DNA of 63,434 nucleotides, filler included, from Choristocarpus tenellus KU-1152 (lineage: Eukaryota; Protista; Phaeophyceae): NCBI GenBank assembly GCA_964200185.2. It is 9 parts of 9 records of this genome, joined end to end, with 100 filler letters (N's around TTAATTAATTAA, not from the genome) between each part and the next. Parts side by side here need not be neighbours in the genome. Positions count along the whole stretch, not along the records: positions 31,125 to 54,611 come from CAXNAD020000241.1; 8 more parts are not named here. One strand, 5' to 3'. Made by a program: the position numbers and the translations under genes. A model generated the notes under the pieces. The model made no database searches and was not told where the DNA came from. It saw only the letters and a program-made list of their open reading frames with translations. Shown here one piece after another: positions 35,601 through 46,623 of this stretch; position 1 is the stretch's first letter, and every line of letters begins with the position of its first letter.

Positions 35601-37176
35601 GTAAGGTAGGTTCCACTTCTGCTGCGGTGTTCGTCGTACAAAAGTTGGACAGATGAGTGTCTTCTTGACATATGGTGCCCTGCATTAATTTACATTCTCT
35701 AAAGAGTCTTGTATATGAGAGATTCGCTAAACATACACACTGGGCGATCCATACAATACTGAAGTGATATATTTGTATAGTATATTCTTTCCTATTTTGT
35801 GTCTCCATTGAAATTAGGTGTAGGACCATTGCATAAACTTGCGCAAGAAACACTAGATGTGTGCACATCCTCCTGATGTCTCCCACTGTGCCAAATTACT
35901 CTGATCCACTTGAAACAAACACAACTTACGTTATCGCACTTGAGATATAGAAAAAATATTGCAGGTCACTCGCCTTTGGGCACACCGACCACCTTAGCAA
36001 TGCATTCTAAAAGGAAAGTACTTGATTTATCAGACCAATGTCAAGGCTGACCTAGTCCAGCAAATGCGGATATGCGCATCATGATTTAGCAGCTCAGTAG
36101 AACTACTATGACATTCATTCAACTCAAAGAAGTGACCAGATGACACACTGCTGCGACACCGGAAAAACACACCCTCGTTTCCTACGCCACTTGCGTAACT
36201 AGTTTTTTGCAGAAGTTGCAGCTGTCTTTACCTTTTGTTGCTGCGTAAACAAATACAATAGGTAGGATTGAGGACTTGCTATGTAGATCAAATCCCTTTT
36301 GAATAGGATTGTAAGATTCTTGATTCTAGTTGGGACCACTCCTTGTACACTCACTAGCACTCTATTCTAGTGCTCCGTTGTCTTACAACAACACATATAA
36401 AATTCTCTGGATATTGGATGTTGCACTCTACTTGTGGGCATATGAAACTGACGTAGAAAATAGGCGGAACAGCGCCATCCTACACTGTCATCGCGGACCC
36501 AGTCTCAACTCCGACCATAGTCTGAGTCTCCTCTCGAACATACCACTCACAGGAGGGATGATACCATTTCGTTGCAGAAACCGCTCATCTCCTTAGCCAT
36601 ACTAGCTGAGGCCTCCTCGCCTGGGTTAATTTTGTACAACAGCGTTAAGCGAGTGATTCCATCCCCGATAGATGCACCTGCCTGATGGCAATCAATTCAA
36701 ACAACCACAAGGATGCAGCGAGGACTCGCTTGGATTACAAGGTTCGCTGTTACTTCTCACTGTTTCTAGCACTTGTGTTTTCTTGAAATACCAAAACCCT
36801 GCAGTATGTGAGTTTAGCTTCTCCTATGTTAGAAAATCCCCTACCTACTGTCTCAAGTCTCATCATACCAACCAGCATGAATTCTAAAGGTTTTGACACG
36901 GGGCCAGGGCAAACATGTTGAGCTTCTCCTAGCATTGTGCTCGACAGGTAGTGGCTACGGTATTTAACATGCACCTAACCGAAAAGGGCTTACCGCCTTG
37001 GTCACTGCCATCGCTACGGTCACATCCTCGCTGTTGGTGGCCCAGCAAGATGGGGCCTTCCCACTAAGTTTGACCTTCGTATGCCCCACCAACTCTAGGA
37101 TCTCCTTTACCAGGGCCTCTAGGTACGATTTGGGTGATTCACCTTGTCTCTTCGGTTCTCCGAGCAAGGATGCCAT
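32698..37176 (-). CDS. CCNDBP1: Cyclin-D1-binding protein 1 / GCIP family protein (complete, 5 exons)
   Basis: Phase-consistent exons 37176-36994, 36681-36551, 35470-35329, 34745-34671 and 33420-32698 give ITRLTLLY, LTGVVWAASQELQRIPKTNKLA, IKDTVDEF, an acidic DDEDQY tract and ELGMALYPP, in the GCIP motif order. Confidence 0.8.
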
Positions 37177-38129
37177 GGGATCAGACAGTGAGGAAAATTG
37201 GGTGTGAAGTAGTGGTATATTTGTAATGAGACAAGTATAATAATAGTCACACTAAGTGGAAGTCAAGTTGGAAAGGAAAAATCCATCAAAAAGACAATTT
37301 TGTGGTGGCAAACCCAACTCTCTCTCTCTCTTTCTCTCTCTATTTGAATAATTCGAAGTATGCATACTAACATCACTCTAAAAAAACGTCTTTAGCCTAT
37401 TGTAGACAGAAAATGGATCTCACTACCTCATATAATAGGAAGTTGTGGACACCTGTCAGATTTATGGGTTACCTTGTGAGCGCCTCTCTCTTTTCTCCCA
37501 CAATGTTGAAGGTGTGGTTGACGGATTGCTGGCAGTAACAAATACATGTCCAACAGGGTCTCCTATTCTGCACAACAAGGAATCCGTTGGTGACTGCCGC
37601 CCACTCTGATTCGTGGTATCTGTGTGGGATGGTATCATTTTAGAAGTGTACACATACATATATGGCTACTATTATTGTTGTTGGTTAGAGTGTTCATCTG
37701 TACCACATAAAATATCTATATAATTATGTGACAATCCTATCGTCCAATCCTAGTCTACCCACAAAGAAAATGGCTTTTTTCTTCTTTAGGGAAGAATTCC
37801 AATAGTAGTATATGGCGCCCGTCCTTGAACACCGATCTGGCGTCTCCAGCTTGAAGCATACGACACGCCTTTGAGAGATGAACAATTACATCTGTGTGTA
37901 TGTAGTTAACGGTAGCTGCACACAATAGTTGTTATTGAGGATCACTTTTTTCTTCTTCTTCTCCTCTTCCTTCTTCCACTACTTCTATTGCTGCTGTTAT
38001 TCCTGTTGTTCTCAGGCTTGCACAGATCCCACAACAAGGCAAGGGAAACCCCAGCTTTGGCCGCCCATTTGCGGAAGGATGTGGGGTGCACCAATGAATG
38101 GGATATCCCAAACGTCAAGGATAGTTGTA

Positions 38130-38340
38130 CGGTAGCAACATTGCCCCTTGCAACGCCATGCAAGGTCCATGCATTCACCCCGTGCAATCTGACTGTCATA
38201 CTCCTTCACATACATGACGGAACACAGTGATTTGGGAAATTCCAAAGTCCTCCGCGATGGCTGTCACTATCCCCTGAGGCATCCCAGTCTTGTGCCTTCT
38301 TGCCTCCAGGAATCGCACCACCACACTGTTCATCAGGGTG
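38130..38340 (-). mobile_element. Mariner-like transposase N-terminal HTH remnant
   Basis: VVVRFLEARRHKTGMPQGIVTAIAEDFGISQITVFR, then frameshifted IARGECMDLAWRCKGQC, resembles the plant/oomycete-type mariner N-terminus. Confidence 0.5.
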
Positions 38341-38754
38341 TTTGAGTCTGGACCCCAGATAGACTTCTGGGTCGAAGAATTGAGACTGATGGGCGACGAC
38401 AGGATGAGCGAGCCGCTCAAACAACAGAGGGCCTTTGTCCTAGGCATCCCAATAAACACCCACCTTGACAGTTTCACAAGGTTTTTGAACCTGTCAAATG
38501 TGACTTGGCCAGCTTTGCACTGGTGATCCTCCACAGTCATGACAGCCCATCTCAAACTGTGCATGCCTCTCAATGTATGTGTGGGAATTGAGCCTAGTCC
38601 AGAACGTTTATCATGTGGGTCGTTCCCGGGCGAGAATGGAGCTTCCAAAAGTTATGTCACATTAAATTCTGAACAGAGGAAGTATTCCCACTTTACTATT
38701 GCTATCAATATTACTTTCGTACTACTATCGTCATCATTAATATAATTTTTTGTA

Positions 38755-38990
38755 TTGAAGTTATTTTTATTTTTTATTATGCCCTCTGACATTTTGGAGA
38801 CGTGTCAGGGAGGAAACCAATGAAACCATTCACATGTCAGTATAATAAGCTCTAAAGAAATAAAATATGTCACAACTGTGAAAAACACTAACTTATTTGT
38901 TATTTCACTATGTTCTTCCACTGCCTTCCTGTGCCTCCAATACACCAATTCCTGTACCCCAGGTTGAGGAGCAAGGGAGGCATCCCAAGT
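38755..38990 (-). mobile_element. RLE-type LINE 3' end (ORF end, 3' UTR, stem-loop, A/TAA tail)
   Basis: Links the WDASLAPQP ORF end (shared with 3678-3960) to the ctgacacgtctccaaaatgtcagagggcataataa terminus. Confidence 0.65.
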
Positions 38991-40059
38991 TAATTTTAGC
39001 ATTATTATTATTACCATTATTTTTACTATTATATTTATTTTATTATTGTTATGGGATCTGGTACTTTGTGATGGGAGTGATAAGAACCACCAGAGATGAG
39101 GTTAAGAAAGGAAGTGAGATATTAGACTAAGAAATGCTGGGCGTATGATGACAGCCTCAGAGTGTGCCATGTGGATCAATCTCCACTGTGATGGACAGCG
39201 ACCAGTCAGGACAGAAAACACAATATCAGGCTTTGGTCGTTTGAATCCACCGTTCATGTGGGGGTTACGGCGAGCCCGTCGTGCGTCTGACCCGCTTCAC
39301 ATCACCTGGACTGATCTCAATGGCAAGAAGTACAAAATGTGTATGATTGCGTAATAGTATCCTCATCAATGTCGAGAAATCTCAAAAGTGGGACCTGTCT
39401 CTAAGATGATCAAAACTACTGTTCCATGATAATGATTAAGATGATTCTGAATATTATTACTAGTATGGATATTATTTGTATTCTTCATGTTGATAATGAT
39501 CATCATCAGAATATTCTGAGGAAAGGCAGACCTATGGTTGAAAGGTAATCCGAAGAAAAGAAATCAGAGAGTTTGTGCTCGACACTTTTCCTCAGCATAT
39601 CAGCTTTTCTGGATAATTTGTAAGCTTAACGGACACTTTTCTAAAGGATATCACCTGAATGACGAACACCCAAACCAGAATGATCCCTTTTTGCTTTAGT
39701 TCAAATATTATTTCTTTCACTTCGCCCCTAAAGGGAGTCTGGAGGCATTCAAAACACCGCTAAATCTGTACAGGTGGTTCATCCCATGAAATACATATTG
39801 AATAAAAGCTGATGTCCTAACGTATCAATCAAGCTATAGCACCACCACTTTCTATTCACATTGCAGAGTAGAGTGCAAAGTGCAGAATAAATATGGGGGA
39901 GGATTTCTGTTATTTTGGATACTTCGTTCAATTTATATTTGGACGATGGTTTCGCTGTTCAGGGCGTGAAACCTATCTCATTTGTAAAGGAATGCACACA
40001 CAGGAGGGGACATATGGTATCTTCTTTGTGGCTCAAATTGCTGTGGCTCTAAAATGCTT

Positions 40060-40420
40060 GAGGCATCCACCTGGTGGCGAAAGGGTTTGTTGACGTAGAC
40101 GATGACCACAGCCCCTTCAACTTCTTTCTTACCGGCGTCCAAGTATTCAACCAGAAAATTGAAAACATATGCTTTCCTCTCATCTGTAAATGGTGATACC
40201 ACGATTCGACCCCTTCTCCACACATAGCCCAACCGCTTGAGGATGGCATCGAGACCCCTCATTGAGAGTTCCACCCCAAAGTTTGTCCTTACCCAAAGTT
40301 CCCAGGGTCCCGACAGAAGACCATACTACCTAACGAGTGCTGCGTATATAGATGAAGAGTTCTATCTCATCAACCTTTGAAATTATCGCTGATTTTGGTT
40401 TGCAACCCAAAAGCAATCTG
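40060..40420 (-). mobile_element. IS630/Tc1-like transposase remnant (winged HTH plus first catalytic strand)
   Basis: WVRTNFGVELSMRGLDAILKRLGYVW...FNFLVEYLDAGKKEVEGAVVIVYV(N)KPF.HQ matches the wHTH and the V.Y.DE motif, with the catalytic D decayed. Confidence 0.65.
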
Positions 40421-40725
40421 GAGTTATCGATGCCCAAGGAAGGTCGATGGTGGAGAATATCAAACAAAAGTTGGAGACGGTCACTCTCAGAGTCACTAGC
40501 AGAGGAGGGGACACCAGAAAACAAGAGAAGGAGGTCGAGCAAAGATCATAAAATTGAAAATACATCAAACTATTGTTATTCTATAGTAGTATATATATAG
40601 TGGTGGATATATCATCATTCTTCTATACTGGTAGATATATGGTGGTAGTTGAGCCTCATGTTGAAGTTTGTTCTATACGGTTTCATTTTGGAGCATGATT
40701 CTCTTAGGGCGTTTCTCACGTATAG

Positions 40726-43700
40726 AAGAACGTGGTGTTGAGGGCTGATGATATAGGAAGGCATACACACGCAATGGGGAGGGACGTGGCGTTAGCACAC
40801 GGAAGGTATGAGAGACGGCTGGGTGCCGATGCCCGCAAGTTGAAGGTGATCGCGGACGGACTTCGGAAGGCCCATGGCTGTGACATGAACAACCTGAGAG
40901 CTCGGGACAGCAGCATTGCTGAGTCAATGTCCAGCGTACGAGCTTTGTGCCAGAAGAATCTTCGGCTCGCTGTCAATTTGGATAGAACGTAAGACCTCAC
41001 CTGGCAGAGACTGTGATCTTTCGTTTTGAACATACCCTCTAGATGGCCGCTTCCCTTCGCCTTGGGTCTCATTAATAACGTTAATACCCTCGTCGGCTGC
41101 CGCAACCAAGCAGGAGAGATGGCACCCACACCATCAAGACCCTGGACGACTCCTTTGTGATCCAGGCCATTGCCCTTGTGGAGCGGACGAGGCGAAGCTG
41201 GGTCGTCCCAGAGGTACTGGCACCCTCCACAGAGGATGGGGAGCAGATTTCTGATAGGAAGAAGGCTATTGGCGACAGTGCGCAAAATCCGTCTTATAGG
41301 AGAACGGATTCAGCAAGTGAGGAAAAGGAGACTGGACTGACTGCTGAAGCTGAGGAAGGAAGACAATCTCTTCCCGAGAGTACGGAAAGCCTAGGAAATA
41401 GGTACGTGTGTGAGGAGAGTCGGCTATCACATAGTCTCCTCTTGTTGTTGTACTGCATCTATTCGTACCCTTTTCTCGTCACCCTCTACGTATGCTAATC
41501 CTGTTGCTGATGTTTTCCCCTTGACAGACCCAAACAGGCGAATAGACAGTGTAGAACTTTCAAATTGTCAATCCGTTGTCTGTAAGTCGACAAGAAAATC
41601 CCATCAAGACCTGACCTAATGGTTGGCAAAAAGAGGAGAGAAACGTTGTGTTTTTGGCAGGGTGGGACAGTGTGGACTCCTGTATTCTCAATCGTTGCGT
41701 GGCTTGCTTGGAAGAACATTTCACCGTCATGCCGCCCTTTCCAGTGATTACCGGAGTCACTCCAGACACTGGACGGTTTGGGGATGGGGGTCTGCATTTT
41801 GCTGTCAATATTTGGTCAAAGCAAACTTGAACGGGGTAGATTAGGGGAAGCGGGTGTGAAGAACTACAGCAAATCGGGAAGTGATGTGGGTAGGCAATGC
41901 GGTCAACACCCACACCCTGTATGGAAGAGGAAAATGATATTCAGTTGTTCCATCAGGAGTTAGTTACCTAGTGGGAGGCTGAGATGTAAGAAAAGCTGTA
42001 AGTTGAGGTCATGACTAGACGTGGACTGATTGGTTGACTCTTTGAATCTCTGTTTGGTGATACGATGCGTGGGGATCTATCTCTACAATGCATTCATTGT
42101 CTATGTGCTACAAATTGGATACCATCGGAGAGCCAAAGTATCTTAGAGGGTAGAGCCGCGTCCATTTGGGGACCAAATCCAATGTTGCGATTTTGATATC
42201 ATTTTGGTCATCGTGTTTGTTAGGAAGTATCAATATCTTTGCTCTGGATACACTTTTTCATAATGTTTACATTTTATCTACTCTGACACATTTTGGAGTA
42301 GGAAAATATCACAAAAAAATCCCATGGGAAGTCAAGCCCCAAATGGACAAACAGGGCAAAACTCGTACCTTCTAAGATACTTTCACTCCGGATCTACAGT
42401 TGCCCCAGATATTTTGTGATGGAGTTGGGGTGTCTTACAATCGCTGAGAAATGCTGATCCACTGCAGTGTTCCCCCCTCAAGCAATGAATGCACAGTGAA
42501 GGTGTCGTGCATGACCTGCGACAGATGTGACCTCTGTGTGATAAGGCAGATTTAGTGGAGTGGACTAGGTGTCATATACCTCCCATACTTCTGGTTTGAA
42601 TTTATCCTGTAGAATAAGAAAAAGCTGAGTGTGAACAGGAGAAGGGTGACGGTGTGGCATGCACATGTATTGTTGATGAGGGTGTGAATTGAAACCAACT
42701 GGCACTCTTTCACTAAAGCATCAACAAGGTGTTCTTTGTATTTCTCTTACAAACATCATTTTAGTATTTTCCTACCCTCCTACCCTCAATGCTCCTTCTC
42801 CTCCTCACTTGCCGGTCTGTGTTGTCTGTCAGATTAGTAAACCTGGAGAATGAGCTAAAAAAGGCAGCAGAGGTTTTGACTAGACAGAAGGATGCTGCGT
42901 GGGCCCGAGAGGTAGGAAAAGCGTGATTTCCCCTTCCCACCTCCTCCCCTTCTTCAGTCGAATTGACTGCTCACATTGCAAATGGTATCAAGGTGACAAA
43001 ATATATACGAAATGTAAGGGTTACGGAATGCTATAGGACAAACACACCCTATTGGCTCAATGTGAATAGGCCATATTCTATTGGTGTAAACATATACATG
43101 CTTTTTGTCTATGTCCCTTACCCCTCTAAGCATTTTTTCTTAACCCACAGGTAATAGATGCTGAATGTAAAATACAAGAAAGACAAGTAAAAGGTTGATG
43201 TTTGAATTATACACTTCTGACCCCCCTGTCATCACTCCCCCCACCTGCCCGCCCCCCTTAACTCCTTTTCCGGTTACAAACATCTCTCGGTTCTCTTGTC
43301 CTTTGACCAAAACCCCTCTTGCTGCCACAGCAAGAGCTTTTGAGGAGGATCGAGGAGCACCGCCTGCTCAATGATGAACAGAAAAGGTTTTTCACCAATG
43401 AGATCACAGCTGCAAGAGCGACTATAGAAAGGAAGCAGGAAGAGGAAAAGCAGGTGGGGTGCTTTGATAGATCCATCAGGGGGTGGAGAGCGGGCAGAGG
43501 GAAGAGAGGTGAAAAAAATAGAACTAGTTACTCTACATTACTCCATAAAATAGTACAGTTTACCATCGACCTCCGTTTTTGAATGTTGGATTTGTTACTT
43601 GCACAGGGTTTTCCATCATGTCCTTCTCTTGACGTGTGGGGTGTACTGACTGATTGTGTTCTTGTGAACAAGACCTTTTTTTTTTGCAAAAAACGACATG

Positions 43701-44954
43701 TAGGGGTGGGTCAGAGGGCGTACCTCTCTTTTTGCTCTGTGAACACGAACAAAGCAAACAAGCAGACTGATCTGGCTGAGAATGAATACTGACAGTCCTA
43801 TCACAAAACGTCCACCAACGTTATTATATTACATCATTCCAATAGGAACAAATATTGGGGGTTGCTTTGTCATGTTGTGGAAGGGGGAAAAAACATGACT
43901 GTATACGGGGCCACTGCCAAATACTCGGGCTGGCCTAGGGACAAGGTCATGGACTGGCCTGTGGCTTGGTCCCCTCGACGTTTCTGAAGGGTACTGGCCC
44001 AGTCCCTCTGAAAGATACCTTACCTGGGCCAACCCCTAAGCCTTTGTTGTGCCCTGACCTAGCCCAGGTAAATCACATTTTCCCTATGCCAGCCCTCTGT
44101 AAAGAGCAAAACGCTCTCTGGGCCGGCGTAGGTGTATTCTTTATTGCTCTAACTTGAACATTTGAACGCACAAAATTGCTACTATTAATATTGGAGATCT
44201 ACACTCTCTAGCATTGAACATTGAATGGTACCATAATTGAAATGTAAGCCACTTGACGTAAACCACCAACCTGCATCCCAACCCGCCCAAAATCAGGACC
44301 CAAGCCCGGTCCTTTGAAAAGATATCTTGCCCTAGTCTGCTGGTGGGCCCAGTCCACCTGAATTCCCAATGACCCTGGTCCATCTCTTTCAATAATTTTG
44401 TTACTGAGTCGAGCTGCGGTACAGCCACTTAGTCCAGTGTACAGCCCTGAAAGATGATCCTGATAAGCTCTTCTCAAGCCTTTATAGTGATTGTTGATGA
44501 AGAAATGAAATTTCCAAATTTCTAATCAACAGCTCACATCATAATTGGACACCTCAGACCAATTTCTTTCACTATTATCTTATCCGTTGAATTGATATAC
44601 TTACATATCAAGAGAAAGAAGTCTAAAATGTTTGGTCTTTGAAAGTTGAGACATGGCAGTGGGGATTTTGATGCTCTTGGTGAGATAGGTGCATAGTGGT
44701 GGTCACCATATCAGGCAAGGAGGACGAAACCGCTCAGCTTGGTGCTGTCCTTCTATTATTTTCTGTTGATAACAAACACACACACTTGCCTACTCAAGGT
44801 TCGGGAGTTCTTGATGCAAGCCGAGGCATGCAACAAGACTCAGCATGACATGTTAATCCTGCGCTTGCAGATTAAGCTGGGTAAGGTGGTGGACACCTCT
44901 TCCCAGGTGGCTGAGGACCTGAGGGAACCCGATCCAGTACTTGGCGATGAGAAG
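40726..44954 (+). CDS. Multi-exon coiled-coil-containing gene segment (possibly the 5' part of the PIH1-like locus)
   Basis: Phase-consistent exons 40726-40988, 41111-41401, 42833-42911, 43331-43453 and 44799-44954 (LVNLENELKKAAEVL, QELLRRIEEHRLLNDEQK). Confidence 0.6.
42130..42388 (-). mobile_element. MITE family A copy (intronic)
   Basis: Both TIRs present; perfect TSD cgga/cgga. Confidence 0.93.
43926..44097. mobile_element. Small TIR element (MITE-like)
   Basis: cgggctggcctagggacaa and ttttccctatgccagccct form an imperfect 19-bp inverted repeat. Confidence 0.4.
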
Positions 44955-45018
44955 GTAGGTAGTGATGTATAATGGGGATAGGATGGGTGGGAAGGTGTAT
45001 TGAAGGTGGAGTGAAGGA

Positions 45019-45293
45019 TAGTCAAAGCATCCTAGAGGGGGGGATGACATTTTCTTTTTTGTAGTCAAGGGGTCTCTAACTATTTTCTTATTTGAATATT
45101 GATATCCCCCTGCATCCCCCAGCCCAATGACAAAACATTTATCCAAAGGATGCTTTCTTCTATATCCACATACTCCAGATGGGAGTAACCTGGATTCGGG
45201 CCATGAAAGTGGGGTATCACGCATCACATTTTCAAGTCCCTTAACAGCGAGATGTCCAAAATATACCCCCTCCCACCCGTAGGATACTTTGAA
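45019..45293 (+). mobile_element. MITE family E copy
   Basis: Ends tagtcaaagcatcctagaggggg ... cccacccgtaggatactttgaaa share the AAAGTATC TIR core; second copy at 46080-46610 and an inverted partial copy at 45903-46034. Confidence 0.65.
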
Positions 45294-46079
45294 ATGCTTT
45301 GGGTTGGATGAAGAAATGAAATTTCCAAATTTCTAATCAAGAGCTTACACGATACTTTGTCACATCGGAACAAGTTCTTTCACTATTATTTTATCAGTTG
45401 AATTAATACATTTACACATCAAGAAAGAAGAAGTATTAAAAAAAAAATGGTCTTTGAAAGTTGAGACATGGCAGTGGGGATTTTGATGCTCTTGACGAGA
45501 TAGGTGCATAATGTGGTGGTCACTATAGCAGACAAGGAGGACACAACCGCTCAGCTTGGTGCTGTCCTTCTATTATTTTCTGCTGATAACAAACACACAC
45601 ACTTGAACAAACGCCTACTCAAGGTCCGTAAGATATTGATGCAAACCGAGGCATGCAACAAGTCACAGCATGACATGTTGATGCAGCGCTTGCAGATCAA
45701 GCAGGGTAAGGTGGAGGACACCTCTTCCCAGCACCTCACAAAAAGAGGTTGCAGATGAAGCAGGCTTCTATATTCTTGATGTGTAAATACAACAATTCAA
45801 CGGATAAAATAATAGTGAAAGAAAATGGTCTGACGTGCCTAAGTATTGTATAAATTCGTGATTAGAATTTTGGAAATTTCATTTCTTCATCAAACCCAAA
45901 GCGTTTCAAAGTATGCTACAGGTGGGAGGGGGTATATTTTGGTGACCTTGCCGTTAAGGGCCATGAAAATGCGATGCATGATACCCACTTTCATGGCCCA
46001 AATCGAAGTTACCACCACCAGGAGTATGTGCATATGGAATGGGATGGGTGGGAGGAGGTATTGAAGGTGGAGTGGAGGA

Positions 46080-46610
46080 TAGTCAGAGCATCCTAGAGGG
46101 GGGGGTGACATTGTTGTTAAGGGGTCTCTAACTATTTTCTTATTGAGCTAAAGTATTTGAGCGCGTAGAGTCGCGTCCGTTTGGGGACCAAAATCCAATT
46201 TTACAATTTTGATGTAATTTTGGCTATCGTGTTTGCTAGGAAGTGTCATTATCCTTGTTCCAGACACACCTTTTCATAACGTATACAAATTACTTACTCA
46301 GAAACATTTCGGGGTAGGAAAATGTCATAATATTCCCGTTGGAAGCCAAGCCCCAAACGGAAAAATAGGGGAAAACTCCTACCCTCTAAGATACTTTCAC
46401 TCATTTGAATATTGACGTCCCTGCATCTCCCAGTCCAATGATAAAACATCATCCAAAGGACATTTTCATTCTATATCCACATACTCCTGATGGCTGTAAC
46501 CTGGATTTGGGCTATGAATGTGGGTTGTCACGAACCACATTTTCAAGCCCCTTAACAGCAACATGTCCAAATTCTACACACACACCTCCTTACAGGATAT
46601 TTTCATTCAA
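46080..46610 (+). mobile_element. MITE family E copy containing a nested family A element
   Basis: Colinear with 45019-45293 once 46145-46402 is removed. Confidence 0.7.
46145..46402 (-). mobile_element. MITE family A copy
   Basis: Both TIRs present; flanks tatt/attt; the empty site is visible at about 45086-45096. Confidence 0.9.
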
Positions 46611-46623
46611 ATTCACCTTCCAG

